In this document: positions 1 to 11,814 of the stretch, piece by piece
How positions within the stretch are numbered: the first letter of the stretch is position 1
How the letters are laid out: every line of letters begins with the position of its first letter
From: the human T2T-CHM13v2.0 reference genome, Homo sapiens
Length of the DNA: 64,000 nucleotides
Assembly (NCBI RefSeq): GCF_009914755.1
Contig: NC_060939.1
Strand: one strand, 5' to 3'
Notes under the pieces: model-generated
What the model saw: only the letters and a program-made list of their open reading frames with translations
Database searches by the model: none
What the model was told of the DNA's origin: nothing
Made by a program: the position numbers and the translations under genes

Positions 1-271
1 TTGAGTCAATATTTATAGTCTGTACATAGGTTTCCACACTCATCCAAGAGTGCTTTCTTGCAGGATAGACAAATCAGAGAATTATTTTCCTGCTTTCTCT
101 CTCTCAACGGGTAATAGTTTGTAACTTCTTGAGACTCAGCTAGAGCCACCCCTATCATAGAATCTTAGAACTAGAAGGGGCTGAGCTGGCTAGCTGGATT
201 GTGGCAGCTCCACTAGATAGTGAGATTTTTGCCTCAAAGGATCCAAGTGTTGCTCACATATGAGCATGGGG

Positions 272-607
272 CCTGCAGTTGGTAGGTGCTGTATAATGTT
301 GACTGCCACCTGCAGTTGGTAGGTGCTGTATAATGTTGACTGCCACCTGCAGTTGGTAGGTGCTGTATAATGTTGACTGCCACCTGCAGTTGGTAGGTGC
401 TGTATAATGTTGACTGCCACCTGCAGTTGGTAGGTGCTGTATAATGTTGACTGCCACCTGCAGTTGGTAGGTGCTGTATAATGTTGACTGCCACCTGCAG
501 TTGGTAGGTGCTGTATAATGTTGACTGCCACCTGCAGTTGGTAGGTGCTGTATAATGTTGACTGCCACCTGCAGTTGGTAGGTGCTGTATAATGTTGACT
601 GCCACCT
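272..607. repeat. Minisatellite, 9 identical 37-bp units (CCTGCAGTTGGTAGGTGCTGTATAATGTTGACTGCCA) plus CCT
   Basis: Units start at 272, 309, 346 ... 568 with no mismatches seen. The three minus-strand ORFs over it have 37-aa periodicity. Confidence 0.98.
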
Positions 608-2094
608 TGAAAGTCATCTGTCCAACACCCTCCCCACTGTGGGAGATTTCTCCGTGGACATTTCCTGACTAAATGCCACAAAATGGCAGCCAACTCTGTG
701 GCCGCCAATCTGGCATGGTCTAAAAAGTGGCAAAGAGGCTGCTGCTCCCAGTTCTCTTCCCCTTCATCTGTTAGAGCTTTGCCTCCACCTATGACCTCTC
801 CAGCATCAGTCAACATATATTAGGTGAAAATAGTGAGGCCAATTCTCCATAACCACCAGGCTTAAGCCCCTTAGCCTATCAAGCATAGCTGTTTGTAAGG
901 TATCACCTGCTTCCCTCTTCAGGCTTTCATCCTTCCCCAACCATTCTTGCCCCCTAGGAACTGAGAAATTTAGAGAAGCAATACAAAAGTACACATAGTA
1001 AAGGCTCAATAAATAGTTATCAAGTGAACTCTCAGACAGGTCTTCATCCACAGACCTTGTCTGGGGCAGAACAACTCTGTTCAGATCTCAGTCTAACTTC
1101 CAGGGGAAATCTTTGACCCTTAGCGTGCATCGCTACCTCACAGATCCCCCTGACCATACATAGAAGCAAGACATCCCACTTCATCAGCTGGAGCTGCAAA
1201 ATCAGGTCACTTAAAAAAAAAAGATTTAAAGAGCTCAGCTTAGCTAATGTGAAAATGTCCTTCTCGCTTCACTGGGGTCCCTTCCTCCTGTAATAAGCCT
1301 TAAACCCTATGGACTTAGCCTAAAGGCCATCCATACAGAGAGAGAGACACAGAGAATGCAGCCTGGTCACCAGCAAGCCTTCCCAGCTGCTGGCCTGGCC
1401 TCACAGTGCCCCTCTAGAAAATGGCAGTGTCCATGGGTGCGAGGTGTGGTGGGGAACTACCATGGCTGGTCCGGAAGCAGTTCCTCCAGGGGTATTGGGA
1501 GAAGGAAGAAAGGACCTCTCTCTCCAGTGTGATGGCCACAGCTGTGGCCACGAAAATGGTCCTCTTGCATCTCTCTTGATATGTACACTGAGTTTGGGGC
1601 ATTGGTTCTGACTCTTCCACCCCATTCTTCTCGCATTTCTGACATGTTCTCCAGGAATGAGGTTGGAGACATAAAGAGAAGGGTCTTACTAGTGTCCTTC
1701 AAGTTGCCCTTAATACAAACAACCACAATCCACCAGAGAAATCTTGAATTTATAAGGAGAAAGGAGTCAGGTCTGCTGTTCTTTGTTTCCCCCCAGGAGG
1801 CTTCTGTGGCCAAGATCCACAATTTCACACCTCCTCCGTAAAGATTTTTTAAATTAAGAAATTTCAATGTAAAATAATTTAAACATAAGAAAAAGAATAG
1901 AAAATCAAGTTATATTTAAGAATTCACCACCCAGATTTAACCAATATTAATCCATTGGCAGATTTGCTCTGATTTTGTTTCTGAAAGGAATAAAAATTAC
2001 AGCTACCTCTATCCCTCTCCTGCCCTCACCCTATATCCAGAAGTAATCCCCTAATTTAATCCTAAAGTAGGTAGGTAACATTCTAATATGTGAG

Positions 2095-2264
2095 TTTAAT
2101 AGAGTCTGATAGCAGGACTCTGGGGCCAGAAATAAATGTTTGAATCCCAGCTCCTCTACTTACTGGGCCTGTGCCTCAGTTTCAGCATCTGTCAAATAAA
2201 GTTGGGAGGATTAAATGAGATAATGCATTTAAGTCCCTTAAATAACACTTGGCACAAAGAGACA
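2095..2264 (+). mobile_element. MIR SINE fragment, interrupted by a MaLR LTR
   Basis: MIR core-like text: TTTGAATCCCAGCTC...CTGTGCCTCAGTTTC...GAGGATTAAATGAGATAATGCAT. The MIR tail resumes near 2650. Confidence 0.7.
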
Positions 2265-2648
2265 CCGTCTTAGTTCATTTTCTGTTGCTTATAAAATAAT
2301 ACCTGAAACTAAATAACTTGTAAGGAACAAAATTTATTTGTTACAGTCTGGAGGCTGGAAAATCCAAGATTGAGGAGGTGCATCTGGAGAGCACCTTCTT
2401 GCTCATGGGGACTCTTTGCAGAATCCCAAGGCAGTGCAGTGCACCACATGGTGAGGGGCTGGGCGTGCTAGCTTGGGTTACTCTCCTCCTTCTTATAAAG
2501 CTACCAGTCCCACTCCCATGATAATCCAGTATTGCATTAACCCATTAATTCATGGTAATCCACTCATTAGGGTAGAGCCCTCATGACCCAATTGCCTCTT
2601 AAACGCCCCTCTCAACAAACACTACCATGTTTCAAATTAACGTTCAAC
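2265..2648 (-). mobile_element. MaLR solo LTR (MST-like)
   Basis: GTCTTAGTTCATTTTCTGTTGCTTATA...TTACAGTCTGGAGGCTGG...CCTCATGACCCAAT; approximate 5-bp TSD GACAC/GGCAC. Confidence 0.75.
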
Positions 2649-2679
2649 AGGCACTTATACATTTTAGCTATTATTAGTA

Positions 2680-4900
2680 ATGCATATGTTTATGTATTTT
2701 CTAACATATGTGTGTATCCATAAACAATTTATGCGATTGTTTTAAAGTATTTTATAAATATACATAAAGTGTCATCTGCACATATCCTTTTAACTTGTTT
2801 TTTTTTTTAACTCAACTGTATGTTCTGAGACTTGAGTATGTTGACTTATATAGATTCGGTTCATTGTTAATGAGGTATAATATCTCACTGTATGAATATA
2901 CTTCAATTTAATTATGCATCCCTCTGTTGATAGACCCTTGAGTTCCTTCTGATTTTTCACAGTTACTGCAATAAATCAGTGCACAGTTCCATGTGTGCGT
3001 GCAAGAATTAGATGCCTACCGGTGGAGCTGCTGGCTGTTCACAACTGCGACTTCAGTAGATATTTTTACTTCCTATAAATATTCTTGAGCTCTGTCCTGG
3101 GATGCAATTAAGGTACTTGGAAACATTTTATCCTTTTGAGACTCACTTTTAAGCTTTATTAGATGGAACCAGAGCAGCCTTCAGTCCGGGGCTAATTTTT
3201 TCCCATCATTGATTACTTCTGATTACTCTCCCTGATACTCTGTGAATTACGAGATTTTCCCACTCTGGCTGGTGACACAAACCATTCCTAGTCTTGTGTG
3301 AGTTCCAGAGATTGCACCCACTAATTATTTCCATTGTTTTCTCCAATGCAAATACTTGAGTAGTTTCCTTAAGTAAATGCACTGAGCAGCTTCAGCTGAA
3401 GACTCAAGGGGAAACCTCTCCAGATCCCTCAAGCTCTCTTGCTGTCTGTAGCTTTCCCCTCCTATGCTATTTCCTGTCAACTGTAGCCCTCTTGCTCTCT
3501 GTAGACTCCCAACTCCATCTGTTTGACACAACTCAGGAGTGCCCCAGACTGTGCATGAGTGGGATCTGCAAATTCTCAAGGTAGTAAGCTGGAGTGATTG
3601 TAGGACTTGCCTTGTTTGTTTTCTGTCTCTCAGAGGTCATGGTCTTGGTCTTGGTCTTGTGCTGCCTAATGTCTGTGTGCCTTATGGTTTCCCATATTTT
3701 GTTTCTTGTTTTCAGTCATTTCAGCCCAGAGGTAAATCCAGTCCCTGTGACTTCATCAAGACCAGAATGATATTGTTAATCTGTTCTTTGAGGTGATCAA
3801 AACATTTTACAATCATATCAATGGTATGGGAAAGTTCTAGATTCTACACAAATTTCCCCATTATCAGTTTTCTAAAATTTTAAACAATCTAATGGCTAAA
3901 AATGGTACAGACGAGTATCTCACAGTTTAATTTTGCATTTCCTTGATTACTAGTGGGATTGTGCATCTTTTTATGTATCGGCCATTTGGGTATCTTCTGT
4001 GAATGTCCTATCCACTGCTTTGCTCATTTCTATATCGGCTTGTTTATATTTTTATATATTGATTTGTGTAGGTTAATTCCTTACATATTCCGGATATTGA
4101 TCTTTTGTTAGGTAAAGGTATAAGATGCTACTTGGGAGAATATTTTCCCAGTCTATGGTTTGTGTTTTCACCTTGTTTATAGTTTCTTTTATCATATAAA
4201 ACTTTCTATTTTTTATGTATTCAAATTCATCAATCTTTTCCTTTATGGTTTGTGCTTCTGTGTATTATTTAAGAAATCTTTCCCTATCCTGACACAATGA
4301 AGATGTCTCTTATATTTTCTTGTAAAACTTTTAAAATTTAGCCCTTCATATTGTACCATTAGTCTATCTGGAGTTTATAGCATGAGTTAGGACTTGTTTT
4401 TCCCTATGGGGATGACCAATTGTTTGAGCACTATTAATTAAATAAACCCATCCTCTCCCTTCAGATTTGAATGACAATTCTATCATATACCAAGTGGGGT
4501 CTTTATTTTCTGCATTCCTGGAAACAATACCAAATTGTTATATCTGTAGAACAGGTTTGATACCTGGTAGGACAAGATACTCCTCCTATATCTCTTCAAA
4601 ATTTTCTTAGCTATTCTTCACCTCTAAGTCTACTTTTTGAATCAGATACTTAAGTTTAATTAAAAAGTCCATAATAATTTCATTGAAATTTCAATACAAG
4701 TTAGTTGAAGGACAATTTAAAATATTCACCCTTCTCATTTATCTTCTCATTTATCTTTCTATTTGAGTTTTCCTTGACATCCTTCAATAAAACTTTATAA
4801 TTTCCTTTATTAATGTCTTGCAAATATTTTATATTTATTCCTACAATAAATTATAAATATATAAGTCTTATGGCTATTCAGCATGAGTTTTTAGATTACA
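2680..4900 (-). mobile_element. Degenerate old L1 (L1M) fragments
   Basis: T-rich antisense L1-like text such as TTTTGCATTTCCTTGATTACTAGTG and CGGCCATTTGGGTATCTTCTGTGAATG. Boundaries are approximate. Confidence 0.6.
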
Positions 4901-5424
4901 TTTTAATATATTATTTATTATCAGGTTTTCTGAATCTCCTGACACTTCTGAACAGACTTCTGTTATCTGGAGGAATTATCAACCTTCTGAGCTCTTTCTA
5001 ACCAAGTATCATCCTGGGTTCTCCCAAGTAGCACCTTCTAAGTAGCATCCTGGGTTCTTCCCTCCACTCCTGCCTGGCCTCCTTTATGGACCATGCTCTG
5101 ATCATCAAATGTGCCCACTAGACTTCACTTAGAAAGTGAGGGATGTAAAACAATAGTGGAGCTAGATATCCATTTTTCTAGAAATTATGCAGTAGAACAG
5201 TGGAAGACTTTCTCTTATCTGGTCCAGAATTTCAATGGCTTGAACTGTACAGGGTTGTCATGGCTTCCAATATAATTGAGTGCTGTTCCTGACTGCTTAG
5301 TGTATAAGCTTAACTCTCTGGCCTCCTGTAGATTCCATGAGCTGCTAATATCCTCTAATGAATATGCTTTTGCCTAAATAACTAGAAAGGCTTCTATTGC
5401 TCACAGCCAAGAACCCTGATACAG

Positions 5425-6075
5425 AGATATTGCTATACTGGCTTTTGTTTGATTAATATTTGTCTAGAAAATTTCTTGAACTTCTCTCTGTCCTTACACT
5501 TTATAGGTGTGTCTCTTGTAAACAGCACATTGCTGCATTTAAAAATTTATTTTTAATCTAGTCTGAGAATCTGTATCGTCTAACAGATAAATGTAACCGT
5601 TCTGTATTTGTTACAATTAGTGATATATTTGGAACTATTTATGCTTTCCTATTTTGTATTTTCTATCAGGCTCTTCCTTAGTTTTTTATATTTTCCTTTT
5701 CTCTCTTCCGTTTGGGCTGTTTGAGCTTTATTTTTCTTTCTTTTTTGTATCTTGAATTGAGCTTATTGAGTTTTCATTATTCTACCAGTGTCCTCTCTGG
5801 ACACAGTGTCACAAAAGAATACATAATGTCTTTATTCTACTTGTGTTCTCACAGAGGGGACTGAAGTAGAATAAAGACATTATGTAGTCTTTCTGAAATT
5901 ATATATTCAACTTTTAATTTTGAAATTATATATTCAACTTTTAGGATGGATATAAAGCTAAGAGATATTTAAAGTTAATTAATACCTCTTCCCCCGTCTC
6001 AAACATTGCAAAACTCTTACAATACTTTAATTTCTATCACTTTTATCTCATCTTCCAGTCAACTGTTCTTTGAAA
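5425..6075 (-). mobile_element. Old L1 (L1ME-like) fragment, left part of the host of the Charlie5 nest
   Basis: GTGTGTCTCTTGTAAACAGCACAT and AATCTAGTCTGAGAATCTGT resemble antisense L1 near the start of ORF2. Confidence 0.55.
5814..5892. repeat. Inverted repeat: 29-bp arms (1 mismatch), 21-nt loop, followed by a 23-bp direct duplication (5894-5916, 5921-5943)
   Basis: AAAGAATACATAATGTCTTTATTCTACTT ... AAGTAGAATAAAGACATTATGTAGTCTTT. Confidence 0.95.
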
Positions 6076-6087
6076 TTATCTGACAGA

Positions 6088-6226
6088 TGAGGGGATGGAT
6101 ACCTCATTCTCCCTAATGTGCTTATTTCACATTGCATGCTGGTATCAAAACATCTCATGTACCCCATAAATATACACACCTACTATGTAACCACAAAAAT
6201 TTAGAAAGAAGAAAGAAAAACAATAG
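6088..6226 (+). mobile_element. Short 5'-truncated L1MA 3' end with A-rich tail
   Basis: TGAGGGGATGGATACC...CATCTCATGTACCCCATAAATATACACACCTACTATGT; TSD core TCTGACAGA at 6079-6087 and 6227-6235. Confidence 0.8.
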
Positions 6227-6480
6227 TCTGACAGAAATATACTGGAAGCCACATATATACTTTTATATTTTTTGACAGTCATATATACAAAAATAAAAAC
6301 AGTTGAAATTATTTTTAATAATGTATTTTAACTAACCTAATATATCCAAAATATCATTACTTTAACATGTAACCAATATAAAAATAATTAATGTGATATT
6401 ATACATACTTTTAAATACTTTCTGAAATCTCATGTGGATGTTATAGCATACCTCATTTCAGACAATAAATATTTTATCAG

Positions 6481-6813
6481 AGCCAGGTGCTGTGGCTCAT
6501 GCCTGTAATCCCAGTACTTTGGGAGGCTGATGCAGGAGGCTCGCTTGAGCTCAGGAGTTCAGAATCAGCCTGGGCAACATGGTGAAACTCTGTCTCTACA
6601 AATAATAAAAAAAAAAAAATTAGGCAAGCATGGTGGCGTGCACCTGTAATCCCAGCTATTCAATTGGCTGAGGTGGGTGGATGGCTTAAGCCTGAAAGAT
6701 GGAGGTTGCAGTGAGCTAAGATCGTGTCACTGCACTCCAACCTGGGCAAAAGTCAGATCCAGTCGCAAAAAAAAAAAAAAAAAAAAAAAAAAGAAAGAAA
6801 GAAAGAAAAAAAA
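6481..6813 (+). mobile_element. AluJ
   Basis: Dimeric Alu with J-type GCTTGAGCTCAGGAGTTC, heavy CpG decay, A/GAAA tail and TSD core TTATCAG(A). Confidence 0.9.
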
Positions 6814-6862
6814 ATTATCAGAAATACTTGATCTGTATTTAGATTTTATAAAATTTACAATT

Positions 6863-9800
6863 GTAACACAACAAAATTCATCATCTTAACTATTTTTAAG
6901 TGTATAGTTCAGTAGTGCTAAATATATTCACGTTGTTGTACAACCAATCTCAAAAATTTTTTCATCTTGCAAAACTGAAACTCTATACCCATTAAACAAC
7001 TGCCTAGTCCCCTCCCCTCAGCCCTTGGCAACTACCATTCTACTTTCTATTTCTATGAGTTTGACTATTCTAGATATCTCATATAAGTGAAAAATACAGT
7101 ATTTGTCTTTTTGTGACTGTTATTTCATTTAGCATAATGTCTTCAAGGTTCACCTATGTTGTAACATGTATCAGAATGTCCTTTTTAAGGCTAAATAATA
7201 TTCCATTGTCACAATTTGCATATATATCACCATTTGTCCATTTTTCTGTTGATGAACATCATTGAGTTGCTTCCACCTTTTGGCTATTGTGAATAATGCT
7301 GCTATGAAAAATGGGTGTACAAATATTTCTTTACCTGCTTTCAATTCTTTTGGATGCATACACAGAAGTGGGATTACTGGATCATATGGAAGTTCTATTT
7401 TAAATTTTGTGAGGACCTGTTTTTCATAGCCGCTGCATCATTTTACATTCTCATCAGCAGAGTACAAGGGCTCCAATTTCTCCACATCCTTACCAACACT
7501 TGTGATTTTCTGGCTTTTATCATCCTAATGGGTATGAGGTGATATCTTATTGTGGTTTTGATTTGCATTTCCCTAATTATTAGTGACATTGAGTATCTTT
7601 TCATATTCATATTTCATCTTTTCACTTTTTGGCCATTTGTATATCACCTTTGGAGGAATATTCATTCAAGTTCTTTACCCATTTTTAAATTGGGTTGTTT
7701 TCTATCATTGAGTTGTAAAACTTCTTTACATATCAACTGGATGTTAGCCCCTAATCAGATTTATGATTTGCAAATACTTTCTCCCATTCCATAGGTTGCC
7801 TTTTCACTCTGTCGATTATATCCTTTGATGCACAGAATTTTAAAATTTTGATTTAGCACAATTTATCTTTTTACTTTTGTTGCCTGTGCTTCTAGTGTTG
7901 TATCAAGAAATCATTTCCAAATCCAATATCATTAAACTCGTCCTCTGCATTTTCTTCTGAGAACTATAGAGTTTTATCTCTTACGGTTAGGCCATTGCTC
8001 AATTTTTATTAATAGTTAATTTTTATATAGTGTAAGGTAAGGATCCAACTTCATTTTTTTGCATGTGGATATCCAGTTTTCCCAGCACCATTTGTTGCAG
8101 AGACTGCTTTTTCTCTGTTAAGTAAAAAAAAATTGGCAAATATACAAGAGTTTATTTCTGAGCTCTCTGTTCTGTTTCATTTGTCTAAACATCTGTCTTT
8201 ATGCCAGTACCTCATTGTCTCAATTACTGTTGCTTTGTGGTATGTTTTGAAACCAGAAATTGTGAGGCCTCCAACTTTGTTCTTTTTCAAAATTGTTTTG
8301 GCTATTTGAGGTCCCTTGAGATTCTGTATGAATTTCAGCATTTTTTTCCCTTTGTGAAAAAAAAAATGCCATTAGGATTTTGATAGAGATTGGATTAAAT
8401 ATGTAGATGGCTTTGGGTAATATGGACATTTTAATGACATTGAGTCTTCCAGTCCATTAGCATGAGATGTCTTTTAATTTATTTGTATCTTCCTTGATTT
8501 GTTTCTTAGCAGTGTTTTGTAGTTTTCAGTACAAAGGTCTTTCATCACCTTGATTAGGTTATTCCTGATGCTATACTGAGTATGATTGTTTTCATATTTT
8601 CCTCTCTGGACTGATAATTGTTAGTGTATGGAATTGCAACTAATTTTTGTGTGTTGATATTGTATCCTGAAACTTTGCTAAAATTGTTTATTAGTTGTTA
8701 ACAATTTTTGTAGATTCTTTATAGAGTTTTCTGCATATACAACTATGTCATCTGCAAACATAGATAATTTTTCTTCTTTTCAAATTTGGATGGCTTTTAT
8801 TTCCGTTTCTTGTTGATTATGTCATCTGCAAACCTAGATAATTTTACTTCTTTTCAAATTTGGATGGCTTTTGTCTCTGTTTCTTGTTTATACACTCTGC
8901 TTAGGATTTCCAGTACTCTATTGAATAGTAGTGGTGAGAGTGGGCATCCTTGCCTTGTTCCTGGTCTTCTAAGAAACATTTTAAATTCTTCACCTTGAGT
9001 ATGTTAACTGTGGGCTTTTCATATATGACTTTCATCATGCTGAGCTAGTTTCCTTTTGTTGTTGGTTTGTTGAGTGTTTTTCTGATGAAAGGGTGTTTTG
9101 TCAAATTTTTTTTCGACATCAGTTGAGATGATCTTGTGGTTTTTTTTCCCTTCATTCTGTTAATTAGGTGCATTACTTGATTGATTTTTCTATGTTGAAC
9201 CACTCTTTCATTCCATGATCAAATCCCACTTGGTCATGGTGTGTAATCATTCTAACGTGTCAAATTCTGTTTGCTGGTATTTTGTTGAGGGTTTTTACAT
9301 CACTATTCATCAGGGAGATTGGTCTGCGGTTTTATTTTCTTGTAGTCTCTGTCTGGCTTTGGTATCAGAATAATCCTAGCCTTGTAGAATGAGCTTGAAA
9401 ACGTTCTCTTCAATTTTTGGAAGAGTTTGTGGAGAATTGGTTTTAATTCTTTTCATGTTTGGTAAAAATCTCCAGTGATGCCACCTGGTCCTGAGCTATT
9501 CTTTTTTGGAAAGTTTTTTATTACTGACTCAATCTCTTTACTACTTATAGTTCTGTTCAGATTTTCCATTTCTTCATGATTCAGTCTTGATAGGTGTGTG
9601 TTTCTAGAAATTTATTCATTTGATTTAGGTTATGCAATTTTTTGGCAAACAGTTGTTCATAGTATTCTCTTATATTCCTTTTATTTCCGTGAAACTGGTT
9701 GTAATGTCCCGTTTTATTTCTGATTTTAGTTATTAGAATCTTCCATCTTTTTTCCTTAATCTAGCTAATGATTTGTCAATTTTGTTGATCTTTTTAAAAA

Positions 9801-10122
9801 ATCAACTCTTGGTTTTGAGGATTTTCTCTACTGTTTGTGTAGTGTCTAATTTGTTTATCTTTGCTTTATTTTAAATTATTTCCTTCTCTATTCCAGCTTT
9901 CGGTTTAGTTTGTTTTCCTTTTCCTAGTTTTTTAGGGTGTAAAATTAGGTTGTTGATTTGAGATTTTCTTTTTCTTTTTTAATGTAAGTGTTTACACTGA
10001 TGAATTTCCCCTTGGCCACTTTTTACTGCATTCTATAAGTTTTGGTATGTTGTGTTTTTGTTTTCATTTGTATCAAGATATTTTTAGATTTTCCTTGCAA
10101 TTTCCTCTTTGACACACCAGTT
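6863..10122 (-). mobile_element. L1MB-type LINE-1, about 3.2 kb (3'UTR and decayed ORF2)
   Basis: L1MB-type 3' end TTTTCATCTTGCAAAACTGAAACTCTATACCCATTAAACAAC. ORF fragments MHPKELKAG...FIAALFTIAKRWKQ and [18 protein letters not shown] match L1 ORF2p. Confidence 0.9.
8744..8888. repeat. 74-bp-period tandem duplication inside L1MB
   Basis: TATGTCATCTGCAAAC...TTTCTTGTT starts at both 8744 and 8818, with a few mismatches. Confidence 0.9.
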
Positions 10123-11814
10123 GTTTCGAAAGATAACTTTTGTAACATTTGCATCCACATTGACAAAAGTTGTTCAATGTTTTCTAGAATAGTTTGTATT
10201 TGAAGTAAAAGCATATCTGTTCCCAAACTACATCTGTTCAGTTTAAATAAACTCACTAACTCTTGTTTTAACACACTATTGTTAGCATGTAATTCAAAGA
10301 GGGTACTGCATAAATTAAAAGCCAATTATAAATTTATTAATATTAATAAAATATTCTTACAATTTATCTTGTAGTTTTGCAGCCAATTTATATAATGCTG
10401 GCATGTGTATTGATACATGTTAGAAAAATGTGTAAAATTATTATTATTGGTTTGTATTGTAAAAAGTTTCTATTTCAACATGAATCCCCATATCTCTCTA
10501 ATTTGTATAGATTTTCCTTTCTTTGGAACTTCAAATTTATCTCATTTATATATAGTGTGATATCAGTGAAAAAGTATAAATTACTGCCATTTTTGTCTTT
10601 GATTATTAAATATTTAGAAAGCACTCCTTCTGTTTTAAGAAAATCTTGAATTGGAGTTAAATATTTGTAAATTCTGCCATGTTTTAACCAACGAAAATTG
10701 GCAAAAAATAAACTATCATTAAATTCATTTCCATTTGTTACAGCAGTTTTAAAAAATAGTGATAATTCATAGCATTCACAATGCTTTTGGCAACCGTATG
10801 CATGATACTTTTTATAGAGTCTGCATCAGGAAACCAGGCGCAAATATTTGCAATAACATGTCATACATTATAATGAAGCAGTACCGAAAACATGGTCTCA
10901 TTTTGAAATTTCAATGCATTTTTATTTTACGTAGCTAGAGCAACTTATGTCTATGTAAAATTCTTTGACAAATTAAAATGCTCAAATATATCTATGCCAC
11001 AAGTTTGATATTTTAGGCCATGTATTGACCTTTCTTTATAAATTTGGAAGTTCTTTGAGATCAAACTCACACAAAGTATTAATTGGATAATATCTCCTAT
11101 TGCACAATTCACCTAAAGCTAAAAAAAAAAACTTGCAATTTTCAAGCTTTGATTCAATTGATCTTTGCTATTATTATAAAAGCCTTGTGTCCTATGGAAA
11201 ATTGGTAGCTTAATTGAAAATCTTTCGCTTTTTGTAAAGAAATCATTTTCAGTCTTTTTTCATAATTTTCTACCAATATTACCATAACAATAAGCAATAA
11301 TTTATTTCACTATCTCTCCATCCAAAAATGGCTTTAGTTGTCATGGAAGAATCCAAGACATTTTATAGGTGGCCAAAGTTATAAACTCAAATGCTATAAC
11401 TCAAGTAATTTGTACAATACAATCAAGCATGTTACAAGATTGTATCCATGCAGAGAAAACAGCTTAGTCAAACTGAATCAGCTCATTGATACTGACTAGA
11501 TAAATGATGGGTTTAAGTGATTGATACTGACTAGGTCAATTTGTGTGGTTTGTGTTTATATTGGAAATAAGGCATGTACTCAACATGCCCACTGTAATAA
11601 AAAATAGTGTCTTACATAATATAGTCACTAATATGAAATGTAATCCTATTAAAACAATAAAATTGTGTTTAATAAAAAAATTATACTGGTTTAAAGCTAA
11701 GTTTAAATTAATCAAAATTAAGTAAAATAAAAAATTTGGTTCATCAGATGTACTAGCTATGTTTCAAGTGCTCAGTAATCACATGTAGCTAGTGGCTACC
11801 ACACTATATACCAC

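Larger units (their letters stand above)
6227..11812 (+). mobile_element. Charlie5-like hAT DNA transposon (MER33-type ends), split by AluJ and L1MB
   Basis: MER33-like left end at 6227-6480; continuation GAAATACTTGATCTGTATTTAGAT after the Alu; AT-rich internal part at 10120-11740; right end TTTCAAGTGCTCAGTAATCACATGTAGCTAGTGGCTACC. Confidence 0.75.

Noticed and set aside
272-607. CRISPR-like array or bacterial promoter array (37-bp unit with TATAAT and TTGACT)
   Set aside because: The units abut with no spacers, there are no cas genes and the context is primate. The TTGACT-TATAAT spacing is 24 nt, not about 17.
190-816. 208-aa minus-strand ORF and two overlapping ORFs
   Set aside because: Their length comes from the stop-free minisatellite strand read in three frames; there is no other coding evidence.
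620-960. Possible Gypsy-type RNase H remnant (FHL..LTDAGEVIGGGKALT...EQQPLCHF) on the minus strand
   Set aside because: The resemblance is weak and I found no RT or integrase motifs nearby. A Dfam or HMM search (MamGyp) would be needed.
4730-5062. Short local duplications (also at 11485-11533, 23769-23808 and 57469-57503)
   Set aside because: These are ordinary 10-20 bp slippage events with no sign of function.
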